A DNA stretch of 62,892 nt, the filler included, from Asterionella formosa (lineage: Eukaryota), in NCBI GenBank assembly GCA_002256025.1. It is 21 parts of 21 records of this genome, joined end to end, with 100 filler letters (N's around TTAATTAATTAA, not from the genome) between each part and the next. Parts side by side here need not be neighbours in the genome. Positions count along the whole stretch, not along the records: positions 3,560 to 30,919 come from NKIB01001524.1; positions 31,020 to 32,698 come from NKIB01001525.1; 19 more parts are not named here. One strand, given 5' to 3'. The position numbers were made by a program, and so were the translations under genes. This document shows positions 21,265 to 31,112 of this stretch, one piece after another (within the stretch, counting starts at the first letter, position 1; the number at the start of each line of letters is the position of its first letter). The notes under the pieces are model-generated. The model made no database searches. It was given only the letters and a program-made list of their open reading frames with translations, and had not been told where the DNA came from.

Positions 21265-22880
21265 TCACATTGCCTGAGTGTAGCGTAGAAAAGACTCAAG
21301 TAATAAATTTATATCAGCATAATGATGATGCTTCATAGACATTTCTGGTCTAGAGTCTCCAGCCCGTTCTCTTTTAGCCCAGCGGTTGACAATTTCAATA
21401 TCATTTCCACTCACTCCTTTAGCCAACGCTCGTGAATCATAATTCGTTTCGATGTGATCATCACTAGAGATGTTCTTCAAGAAGAGACTGGTTTTTAAAG
21501 AGAAGACTCATTTCAGAGCCCTGTGTAGAAAGACATACAATAGTATGGCTGAAGTCAATACTCTTCCAGTTGGATCACAGATGGCGGGTCCTGAAAAAAA
21601 ACCTTGACTTTCTCTTAACAGTAGTAGTTGCAACCAGGGGAATGGCTTAGTGGTTAGCACACCCAATGTGGTGGCGGTTTCGATTCCTGCATTCTCAATC
21701 TTGTCTTTTTTATGTAGTCCCTAGGGTTCCAGGTGGCTGAAGAAAACACAGGTCCCGTTGTACCATGCATATGGATGAACAAAACCGGTATGAATTCTTT
21801 CCATTGATTATGTGGGCACAAGTGCGATTATTGGATAGCTTTAACTTACTATAAAATTTAATTTCAATTTATTAGTTGTTGCAACCAATGTCGAACATTG
21901 ATCCCTGAACTAGAAATATTAACTGAGGGTAGTAAATGTTTGCGAGCATGGTATTCGCCTTATACTGTGCCCAACAGAGGGATAACGAGATATCGTTCAG
22001 GTTCTTGAAAGAGATAAATTCTTAATCATTTCAAATCCAAGAATACTAGGCCCTCTGGACCCCAAAGCGATACCACATAACAAACAACAAAACATCATGC
22101 GCCCGCTTTTAACCTTGTTATATGGTGGTCAAGTGAGTTTTCGGTTTCACTAAGGTAAGACTCTACAGTGGCAAGTAAACCCAGCATGAGAGAATTACTG
22201 ATAGCGCGATTAGGTCTCCAATCCTTTCCCATTCTCTTCTTGCACCCTTGAATAAACCACAAGAACCAGATTGAAGAACATGGATCCTGAAAAATCCTGG
22301 AGTACTTCCCATGCATCATCATTTCCAATAGATAATGCCTTCTAATTTGCATTGGCAGATGTTGTTACTTGATTTGAATAAGCAGATCTCAACTTGCGAA
22401 TAGTATCCCATTGAGTATGATGGCTTTTTGAATATTTACCACCTCCCGCGTTGAATCAACGACCACCATCTGCAAAGCTACTTGATATCCACAATGTTCA
22501 TATGGAGGTAAAGGTCCAGTGGGAACGTAGGGTCCCAACAAACCCAACTGTATTGACAACCGAAGACCATGGTCTATTTTTGCTGCATCGGCTGGTCATC
22601 ACAGTTGACCATTCCCATTGTTTTCTCCAACAAGGACTCGTCCACCCATGAATGGGGAAGAAACCAATTAAGAGCTGGACACCAAGTATGACGTGGTTAT
22701 TGCACTGTTGTGGGATCTTCAGGAGAGGCATCCCAATCAACGGTTCCACTGGTGGGAAAGAAGCCAACCATAAATCCAAGATGATGAAATGGGATGGTGT
22801 TCCTGGCAACGCTTCAAATGCAATCATCAATTCCGTATGATAGTGATAACAGAATATCAGGTTAGTCAAACCCACTCAAC
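21265..22880 (-). mobile_element. Degenerate tyrosine-recombinase element (DIRS/Ngaro-like)
   Basis: Fragments SIWFLWFIQGCKKRMG..WRPNRAIS, SGINVRHWLQ|LLLLRESQGFFSGPAICD and DSRALAKGVSGNDIEIVNRW...MKHHHYAD, with RW and Y in the YR catalytic positions. Confidence 0.7.
21637..21872 (+). mobile_element. tRNA-derived SINE with a 15-bp target-site duplication
   Basis: GGGAATG..CATTCTC acceptor-like stem, A box TGGCTTAGTGG, B box GTTTCGATTCC and an AT-rich tail. Flanked by TAGTAGTTGCAACCA (21622-21636) and TAGTTGTTGCAACCA (21873-21887). Removing it restores the YR reading frame. Confidence 0.82.
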
Positions 22881-23334
22881 CGGATTGGGACAGGATCTAA
22901 CCGCAGTAAAAAGTAGAGGGATCAAGTCAAGAAACAAAGTATACGTTCAGAAGTATATAACATTGGTGCATCAAAGTTTGCGGAACATGACATCATCGAG
23001 CAATGCAATCATCTCCAAGATATGGCACAATCCCAAGGAAGTGAAATTGCAAAACAAGAGACAGATAAAATTGACATCAAGGTAACTAAAGCGGCATTAC
23101 ATGAAGAAAAGAAGGTTTCGAAAGCAAATTATGGGTATGGATGGTTTCAAACATTGGCCACATCAGGCAAAAATGTTACCTTTTGGAGAAATTGCATTCG
23201 AATCTTCAAATCAGGATGAGATCCAGTTAACGCGATATCCGCAACACATCGGAAAGAAGTCGGTCTAAAGGAAATTCACAAGCAGCTCAGATCCAGATGC
23301 AATGTGAGCCTATATATACTACAGGATTTCAATT

Positions 23335-23640
23335 GCTGTAGCCAGGTTAGCTGGCTTGCAGAGCAACCATTCAAAGTTTCTATTGGCAATACTGCTGCCA
23401 ATTCTGGCCTGACTTTTTTTGACCAACACCATGGTACTATTCAATTTCTTGACATAGAGTTGCCAAAGTTGGGAGTGGTAGGAGCATGCAAGAAGGATAG
23501 TGAATAGGTGGAATATACATTTGTGCAAACGGAACATGCAACAGATGGGATGCGTGTAGTGAGAGTGGCTCAAGGGCATTCAATAATTAATTACAAGAGA
23601 ATAAGAATTGAGATGCCATTTATGTGGATGGAGGTCGAAA
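23335..23640 (+). pseudogene. ALG12 3'-end pseudogene
   Basis: Translates as AEQPFKVSIGNTAANSGLTFFDQ...QFLDIELPKLG versus ALG12 AEKPFKVYIDNAAAMSGVSLFGQ...QFPNIEFSKAG. AGATGGGATGCGTGTAGTG.GAGTGGCTCAAGGGCAT is shared. Confidence 0.85.
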
Positions 23641-23789
23641 TAAAATAGGTACGGGATATGAACAAGTCCGTTCTCAATGAATAGGGCTCAGAACATGGTT
23701 GGTTTTGACCAAGATGCCGAGGTTTTCTTTGTTCTCCAAGCATTCTCTCAAAGACCCAGAAAGCCACACAACCTAATCACCTTCAAATG

Positions 23790-24692
23790 TTACAGTTTCC
23801 GGAATCTTCCTTGCACCCACACTCTCCGCCGCTGTTGACTCTGCGCCCGATTCGAATAGACCCGTTTCAGATACTGTAACTCCAACACTTCAAGACCTGC
23901 TTTTTGGCACAACGTTTCCAAATCCTCTATGCTAAAGTAGTAACACTTGGTCCCATCCTGTTTGACATAAAAATTCTCAGCCAGTCGTTTCCCTCGCGCT
24001 GTCCCAAGCTTGAGTTGAGCTTCGTCGTACCGGCCATAATCACGAAAAAGGAGAATGCCTTTCGGTTTTAAAGTCTTGGCGACATTGCTCATGGCCTCAC
24101 CCATTTTGACTGGGTGGATCGCAGATAAACAAAATAGGAGTGTAGTAATGTCCGCTATAGAGCGTACTGGCGGATCCCCCATTGCTGTAATGTCCCATAC
24201 GTCCGCTTGAGCGTGAGGTTGCGCCTTGATAAATCGTTCGTCTTGCCTCAGAAAATCAATAGCTACCCTGGAAAAATCAAAGCAATAGATATGCCACATC
24301 GGCTTCGACTCCAACAATGGTAGAATATTGTTACCAACACCTGCTCCAATCTCCACTAGAACACGACATTCGGTTGTGTCGAAATCGGTTTGGAACTCTC
24401 GCTGTAAATAATGCCGATCCTTGTAGAATTTAGTAGTGTTGTGTAAGTAAAATGAATCCCAATCCTTTTTCGAGTTCTGATTGTATTTGTCAACCTTATG
24501 CGGAGGGAGAGCAGATCGGAACAAGTTGTCTGTCAGTAGCGTTTCTGCCGATTGATAGTCATCATTTGTCCATGTATCTTCTTGCCAAAACTCGTTGTTT
24601 GGAGGCGTTTCTTCAGGTGGAGATGAAATCATGGACTGATAGAGAACATAATAGGATACTCCAGTGAAGAGTTCATTTTCCGACTCCGACAT
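23790..24692 (-). CDS. METTL6: tRNA N3-methylcytidine methyltransferase, METTL2/METTL6/Trm140-like
   Basis: WDSFY....KFYKDRHYL, EIGAGVGN, FDFSRVAI, FCLSAIHP, FRDYGRYD..QL, FYVKQDGTKCYYF and RRVWVQGRF. ATG at 24692 is preferred over the upstream GTG. Confidence 0.88.
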   Translation of the reverse strand: MSESENELFTGVSYYVLYQSMISSPPEETPPNNEFWQEDTWTNDDYQSAETLLTDNLFRSALPPHKVDKYNQNSKKDWDSFYLHNTTKFYKDRHYLQREFQTDFDTTECRVLVEIGAGVGNNILPLLESKPMWHIYCFDFSRVAIDFLRQDERFIKAQPHAQADVWDITAMGDPPVRSIADITTLLFCLSAIHPVKMGEAMSNVAKTLKPKGILLFRDYGRYDEAQLKLGTARGKRLAENFYVKQDGTKCYYFSIEDLETLCQKAGLEVLELQYLKRVYSNRAQSQQRRRVWVQGRFRKL

Positions 24693-25513
24693 GGACACAA
24701 AAATTTTGAATAAATTATTTGTCAGACTCGTTGAGTATAAAAGTTCTCTAAAATTGCAATCCAGTTGAAATCTCTGTGATTCAGCCAACCCCGCTTTCAC
24801 TCGTTTAACGTACAAATGAAACACAAATAAAGCGAGACGATTGGGAGAACATTTACTAATATCGTCGATGGAGTTCGGCTACCGCTATTCTAATTTTGAA
24901 AAATGTGACGAGCCATTCATGAATACCGGTATACCGGTACTGTATGTTACATATCGTGCATACCGCGTTTTCAAGTTCTCAGTGTGCATCAGTAGCTACT
25001 CGCGAATTCACCGAGTACAGGTGGTCGTAAGCATTCACTACCTTGCACTCGGAGTACATACTAACACAATTTAGTATTCCTGTCACCTTTCTCATTCAAT
25101 TTTGATAAGAGTGGATAACTGCCGTCAGCCGAAGCATATAGAGGATGATATTTACCACAACCGGTATGTACCTGGTACCAGGTACCTGGTAGTGAGAACT
25201 GCAACACAAATGATCTGTAAACGAGTTCCTTAAAGTACAAATATATATATATATCCTGATTTCCCGACAAAAAATATCTTACTTGCTGCCAACGGTAAAC
25301 CAAGCGTGAAATGAGCGTGTTGATACATGATAGCTCCCCTACCCGTATTGTAATGGTAACATCCCCTTGCTATGAGATATCTGCACTTACGGCGCCATTA
25401 CAAAATGTCAGTAATTGTTTGAACAAGGTCAAGTTGTGCCCCCTCAAGCAAATGGTCAGGTTGTTTCAGAGAGCGTGACTGTGGTCTGTTGTAGGTAATT
25501 CAGCGTTGATATT

Positions 25514-26766
25514 CTAAAGGAGAGGAAGGATGAGTGCTACAAACCCTGCGAGAAACAAGGGGGGTATCACATTGTACCACACATCTCGCCCATCGGAGGA
25601 CCTGCCCCCGACAGCCACGCTGTTTTTGGGATGAGAATCGTTCCATGAGTGTGTTGGACTTGCTGTCGGAGCAGCTGTGCAAGCTCCCGAAAAAACACAT
25701 AAAATCCACTCATGAAATGCACTGACTCTAGTAGCAACATCTGGTAACCCACCTCGGGCACACCCTTCTCCAAAAGAAGTAATCGCTACCAATACATCGT
25801 ATTCAGCAGAAGCGCCTAGTATAACATATGGTCCTCCTATTGCGCGTGAATTAAAAAAGTAACCATGAGCCGATCTGGCGTATTTTCTCAAACCAATGTT
25901 CACGACCTGCACACGCACACCGACTACATACCTGAATCGCCTTGACAAGCACCTTTCCCACCAGTGTCAAACCCAGCACAAAGCATAACATCCGCATAAA
26001 TAGAGAATCCATCACTGAGAAAGTAGGAATTAGCACATTGATCAGCATTTACTGCAGGTATATTGACTTCCAAAAGCTCGTTTTGTGACGAAATCTGTTC
26101 ATTTTCTGCCACACGCCCAGCCCCAATGGCAGTGAGGACTTCCCCATCGGTAGGGATCGCGCCATTCCCATTTATCGCCAAGGGGGCAACCCCAACTATC
26201 GGTACATCTAAAAACACAAGAGCAATGTCATTCCTGTTGGTTTCTCTGTCATAATCAGGGTGAACCACGATTGTGGATGCTGTCCTGAAGTGACCATACC
26301 CGACCGAGCCTTGATCCACATCGTGAAAACTGGTAAAGTTCACAACCAATTTGGGAGTCAAAAAATCAGCGCTAATGCAATGGGCTAAAGGAATAATAAT
26401 GCATGTAATGATAGAAAGCGCAGTGTGTGTTAACATGGAAAGCTCTCCAGTCGCTGTGAGTCCCAGCGTCCACTGCATTGCATAATGTCACGTACCAGCT
26501 GTGACGACGCAATCGTCGCGAATCAACGATCCTCCACAAAAGGAATATACACTACTGTTGGAAGCGCTAATGGCGAAGATCCCAGTGAAGTACGGGTATC
26601 TGGCCTTGTTGGCCATAGTGCCACCCACAATCCGGGTGGTCGCCTCTAATATCGTGGCATCCTGATTCGTCCCAATGCTGTGAAGAAACCCATCAGTTGT
26701 TACGTTCCATGCCTCCGCACCCAGAGCTAAGAATACCGGTAGAAGAAGAGTAATCAAAAACATCAT
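25514..26766 (-). CDS. S1 (trypsin-like) serine protease with signal peptide and hydrophobic C-tail; complement join(25514..25836,25932..26384,26496..26766)
   Basis: R|IVGG, FCGGSLI, TA|AHC and GDS|GGP (both restored by GT-AG introns) and NDIAL. The spliced length is 1047 nt, in frame. Confidence 0.9.
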
Positions 26767-28129
26767 CTCTTACATGTATACGCTTCCAGAATGTGTATAC
26801 GTTCCGTCGATCGCTATTTGCTTGGTTCTTCAGGCTTTCGTAGAGATTCGTGGTAGCAATGTCCAAGTGACGACGAGGATTTGTGCTGTGACAAGGCAGG
26901 AAATAAATAGCGGCAGGAGTTGGAGTGATGCTAAGAAAATAAAAAAATAATCAATCGTTTATTCATTCATTAAATATGTCCGCACTATTATTTAGTCCTG
27001 CGCGCAAATTATGATCTTGAGCTGCCTTGGACGAACCTGTTTCAATGGATACATGATACCCAGTACCTGATACCTGGTACCTGGAACCTGTAAATGGTCC
27101 CATTGTACTGCCGGTAACTGGTACCAGGTACCCTGGTGCTGATACCGGTGATAGGTAAGGAGGAGTACCAGATACCAGCCAGGTGCCGTGCAAATCTGCA
27201 AGAATAAGATACCACTGGTACTTGGTATGATACCGGTACCAGGGAGTCAGTCATCATTTGTCTCCTCCCTCGGTGATGATACCGGTAAAATGAGTGATCA
27301 TTGGCGAGCTGCTGCTGCCTTCACGGGATTCGTGACGTACACTGTTACAAACATACATACCAGAGAGGACAAGTCACGTAGAATGCCAGTACAAACTCAA
27401 TTACTGATCATTTTTTGAGGCACTCTTATGTCGTGTATATACTGGTAATAAAATAAGCAAACACAAACATTCTTGCTGCATCAATTTTGTACCACCGTGA
27501 ATCCTACGACGGTACAAAATTGAACGCTGCTGTTTATGCATGTTTTTGGGGAGAAAAGTCTCCCCAAAGCAAAAGCCGTAGCTGACAGGGCCGAAGAAAT
27601 TATACGTGTTTCAAGCTAGAGGGGAATAAATAAATGTCAGGGTGGAAAAAGAGGAGAAGTTCTCCCCATAAATGTACCGGTACGAGAATCTCGTACATTC
27701 TGACCATTTTTCCACTCTTCGTCTATGCACGGTCGACTCTTTCGCTTTCACTAAAAATAATTAGGTTATTTGTGCAGTATCGGTAGGCGATCTCAGTACA
27801 GGATACGGATACATGTGATACACATTTGTGTAGAAAACAGAACTATATGTACGGGAATGCTCGTCCTTGGCAAAGGAGTGGCCTGCTACTAGGTACTCTA
27901 TAATTTATCTGGTACACTGATACTCCTGAGTAATGAACATTAGAAAAATTGGAAACCACCTGCAGCAGGTGGTAAGTACCAGGTACAGCAAGAAATAAAT
28001 TCATATGATACATGGTATTCCGTTCGGCCATGAACATGATGATTTCTACCATAGTTCGTATCCGGCCTTGACATTTCACTCCCAGGAGGAATAGTAAGAC
28101 CACACGGACCTTAAATGTGAAAAGGCGCC

Positions 28130-29905
28130 ATGTCGGTCCTCTTGGAAACGACAGTTGGCGACATTGTTATCGATTTAGATTTGAAGGGCTCGCCAAAATT
28201 ATGTTTCAACTTTTTGAAGCTTTGCAAGGCTCGCTATTACACAAATACTCTCGTTTACAACGTCCAACTCAATCGGTTTTGCCAAGCTGGCGATCCCACT
28301 GGCGACGGCTCGGGTGGGGCTAGTATTTACGGAGTCAAGGACGACCAAACTGCTCCATACAACGTCAAGCTGTCGACGAAGCGATTCCTTTCGTCGCAAG
28401 GACACAGACAACTCACCCTGCTGGAATGTCAAGAACGAGGTCGTGTCGTCATGACGGAAATGAATGGAATTCCAAATACTGTGGGGTCTCAATTTCTAAT
28501 CACATTAGACCAGGGAGAGGGAGCGGCATTGGATGGATATAATCCATTGGGAGACGACAATGCACCCAAATATTTAAGTTTAGGACAAGTGGCGGAAGAT
28601 GACGACGGGGTTCTAGACACCATCCATGCTGCATACTGCGACACCAAGGGACGACCATACGCAGATATAAGAATTATAAGAGCGTTGGTGTTGCATGATC
28701 CGTTTATTGATCCAACTGGTATGGAAGAGTTATTGAAACGACGAGCGGTCGACGACAACAACTCCCCCAATTACGAGCGTCCTCCAGAAGAAATCGTTGA
28801 ACGTCGCATTGCAGCTGACCAAATTGATGTGAACGAAGAGGAAACGACGGAGCAAAGAAAAGAAAAACTCGAAGCTCAACTACAAAAGGAAGACAAGTCT
28901 CGAGCGGTCGTTTTGGAAATGCTAGGAGATTTGCCGGATGCCGAAATTGCAGCACCGGAAGATGTACTTTTTGTTTGTAAGCTCAATCCAATTACGCAAG
29001 ATGAAGACTTGGAGCTGATCTTTTCGAGATTCGATCAGCAGTGCAAAGCGGAAATTATTCGAGATCCTGATACGGGAAACTCATTATGCTATGCATTTAT
29101 CGAGTTTAGTAGCAAAAAGCAATGTGTCGAAGCGTATTTCAAAATGAACAATGCCTTGATTGACGATCGGCGTATCAAAGTAGATTTTAGCCAATCGGTG
29201 GCAAAAGTATGGAACAAATTCAATCAACGAAGTAAGGTAGGGGGTTCAAAGAACATGCCGATACTTGACTTTGGAAACACCAACCACAGAGGACCTCAAC
29301 ATCGGCGAAACTTGGACGATCCGAAGGGCCCACTTCCGCGAGAAAATGTCTACCCCTCAAGGGAGTCACCTTACTATCCCGAACACCGCAACAATGGACA
29401 GCCTGATTATTCTCGCCAATCCCGTGATAGCAATCGCGAGGCTCTTCGCAAGAACGACGGCAACAAACGGTATGTTGATCGAATACGAGAAAGCGGTTCC
29501 AATAACTTTGATCGGGATGGGGTGCTGCCTGTAAGAAATCTTCACAAGTCGGATCGAAATGAGAAAAGGAGGGAATATAACGATAGCTCCGATGAAAGTC
29601 TAGAAAGGAAGAGTCACAAGAAGGACGACAAAAAGCGGTATAAGGATGATCGACGACACAAAGACGGCGGAAGGAAACGAAGGTATGATAGCGAGGAGAG
29701 GAGTGTCCGTCAAGCGAAGCATCGTCGTCGACAGGATGATCAAGAAAGACGCCATAGCAAGGATGAGACGGATGACGATGAGAACAACCACCGTCGACAA
29801 AAGCATCACCCGCACGACGACCGCAAAGACCGTCATCGTAAGCACAGCAAAAAGCACCACAAGCGGAGCCGAAGCGATGATCGTCACAGTGACAGTGAAG
29901 AGTAG
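28130..29905 (+). CDS. PPIL4: Cyclophilin-RRM peptidyl-prolyl isomerase (PPIL4/CYP59/Rct1)
   Basis: MSVLLETTVGDIVIDL, NFLKLCK, QAGDPTGDGSGG; RRM VLFVCKLNPITQDEDLELIFSRF...YAFIEF...MNNALIDDRRIKVDFSQSV; R/D/K/H-rich tail. Confidence 0.95.
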   Translation: MSVLLETTVGDIVIDLDLKGSPKLCFNFLKLCKARYYTNTLVYNVQLNRFCQAGDPTGDGSGGASIYGVKDDQTAPYNVKLSTKRFLSSQGHRQLTLLECQERGRVVMTEMNGIPNTVGSQFLITLDQGEGAALDGYNPLGDDNAPKYLSLGQVAEDDDGVLDTIHAAYCDTKGRPYADIRIIRALVLHDPFIDPTGMEELLKRRAVDDNNSPNYERPPEEIVERRIAADQIDVNEEETTEQRKEKLEAQLQKEDKSRAVVLEMLGDLPDAEIAAPEDVLFVCKLNPITQDEDLELIFSRFDQQCKAEIIRDPDTGNSLCYAFIEFSSKKQCVEAYFKMNNALIDDRRIKVDFSQSVAKVWNKFNQRSKVGGSKNMPILDFGNTNHRGPQHRRNLDDPKGPLPRENVYPSRESPYYPEHRNNGQPDYSRQSRDSNREALRKNDGNKRYVDRIRESGSNNFDRDGVLPVRNLHKSDRNEKRREYNDSSDESLERKSHKKDDKKRYKDDRRHKDGGRKRRYDSEERSVRQAKHRRRQDDQERRHSKDETDDDENNHRRQKHHPHDDRKDRHRKHSKKHHKRSRSDDRHSDSEE

Positions 29906-29969
29906 GGGACTTGCTAGGTGTGTATGATGAAATGGCATAATTGCCTCTATAGTTTAAAATTCCATCCTT

Positions 29970-30554
29970 CTATTCGCTAGGCTGTCCGGCCACTGAAACA
30001 AGATTGATGCAATATCTGTTTCCTTTCTTATCAGGCAGGTTGTGTCCCAAGTGAGTTCCAGTAACAGAGACACATTCACCATCCTTTAACGTCCTGACAT
30101 ACTCCCAGTTAACTTCTTCGTCTCGGAAGCTCGGCCATCCATGGCCTTGAGACTCTAAAAGGAACTCCTGCATAGTGCGACCCTTGGGTGCTGTGAACAA
30201 CAGTGCGCCGGTCACAGAATCATAGAACTCAATTGGCTCCGTTTGGTCCGGAAGGTCCTTGACGTAGCTAAGGAAGTCCGTCTTGGCTGTCCAGTACCCG
30301 GCGAATTCTGCATAATGTCTGTTAAAATTACAGATGCGATCGGCCGTCTCAAAATCACAGTTCCAACGCAACTTCTTCTGGACTGGCTTTTCGCTGGTGC
30401 CATGAGCTTTAGGAGCCATGATCGTTTCTTCAGCCACGATGGGAAGCTTGGTGGATTGCAGGACGGCGGATCGAGCAAACGCTCGTTGAGGGACGAAAGC
30501 TACAGCGGGGCTAGCCAACAAGGCTAACAATGATAAGGAAGCGGCGATCTTCAT
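29970..30554 (-). CDS. Plastid-targeted MsrB-like (Mss4-fold) protein
   Basis: Signal peptide ending AVA-FVP (ASAFAP-type) plus transit peptide; HGWPSF, HLGH and RYCIN motifs. Confidence 0.8.
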   Translation of the reverse strand: MKIAASLSLLALLASPAVAFVPQRAFARSAVLQSTKLPIVAEETIMAPKAHGTSEKPVQKKLRWNCDFETADRICNFNRHYAEFAGYWTAKTDFLSYVKDLPDQTEPIEFYDSVTGALLFTAPKGRTMQEFLLESQGHGWPSFRDEEVNWEYVRTLKDGECVSVTGTHLGHNLPDKKGNRYCINLVSVAGQPSE

Positions 30555-31112
30555 TTAATCAATTGTTGTGAACTAGGAATAATTTGTTTGAAACCTGGGA
30601 AACGAAGGACGCAATACAAAACGACGGCTCTAGTTCACGCATGGATCAACAACAAGATCGTCAGCAGCAACGAGACAGTCAATACTACTTCTCATACATA
30701 GCCGCCAGGATTGATGACTTGGTCGTGAGCCACCAACCAGGAAGGGGTACCAGCTGTCTCGTTTGTACCTGGCACCTGGTACCAGGTACCACGCTGATGC
30801 CCCGTAATTTTCATACCGGGTATTGCATACCGGTATACTATGCAGTTGGGGTTATTCTACTATCATAGAGGATGATACGCCCGAATATTTCTGCAGTCTG
30901 TGCGTTGCTACCGAGCATGNNNNNNNNNNNNNNNNNNNNNNNNNNNNNNNNNNNNNNNNNNNNTTAATTAATTAANNNNNNNNNNNNNNNNNNNNNNNNN
31001 NNNNNNNNNNNNNNNNNNNAATTGGATTGATGAGCAGCAACAAAATTCGACGAAAGATGCAAAATTTCGCCCGTTTAGATCCGCCTCATATAATAATGTG
31101 TTGAGCACTATC

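Noticed and set aside
23790..24824. 344-aa version of the methyltransferase starting at GTG (likewise TTG/GTG starts at 3871 and 31098)
   Set aside because: Eukaryotic genes; a downstream ATG or a spliced upstream exon explains each start.
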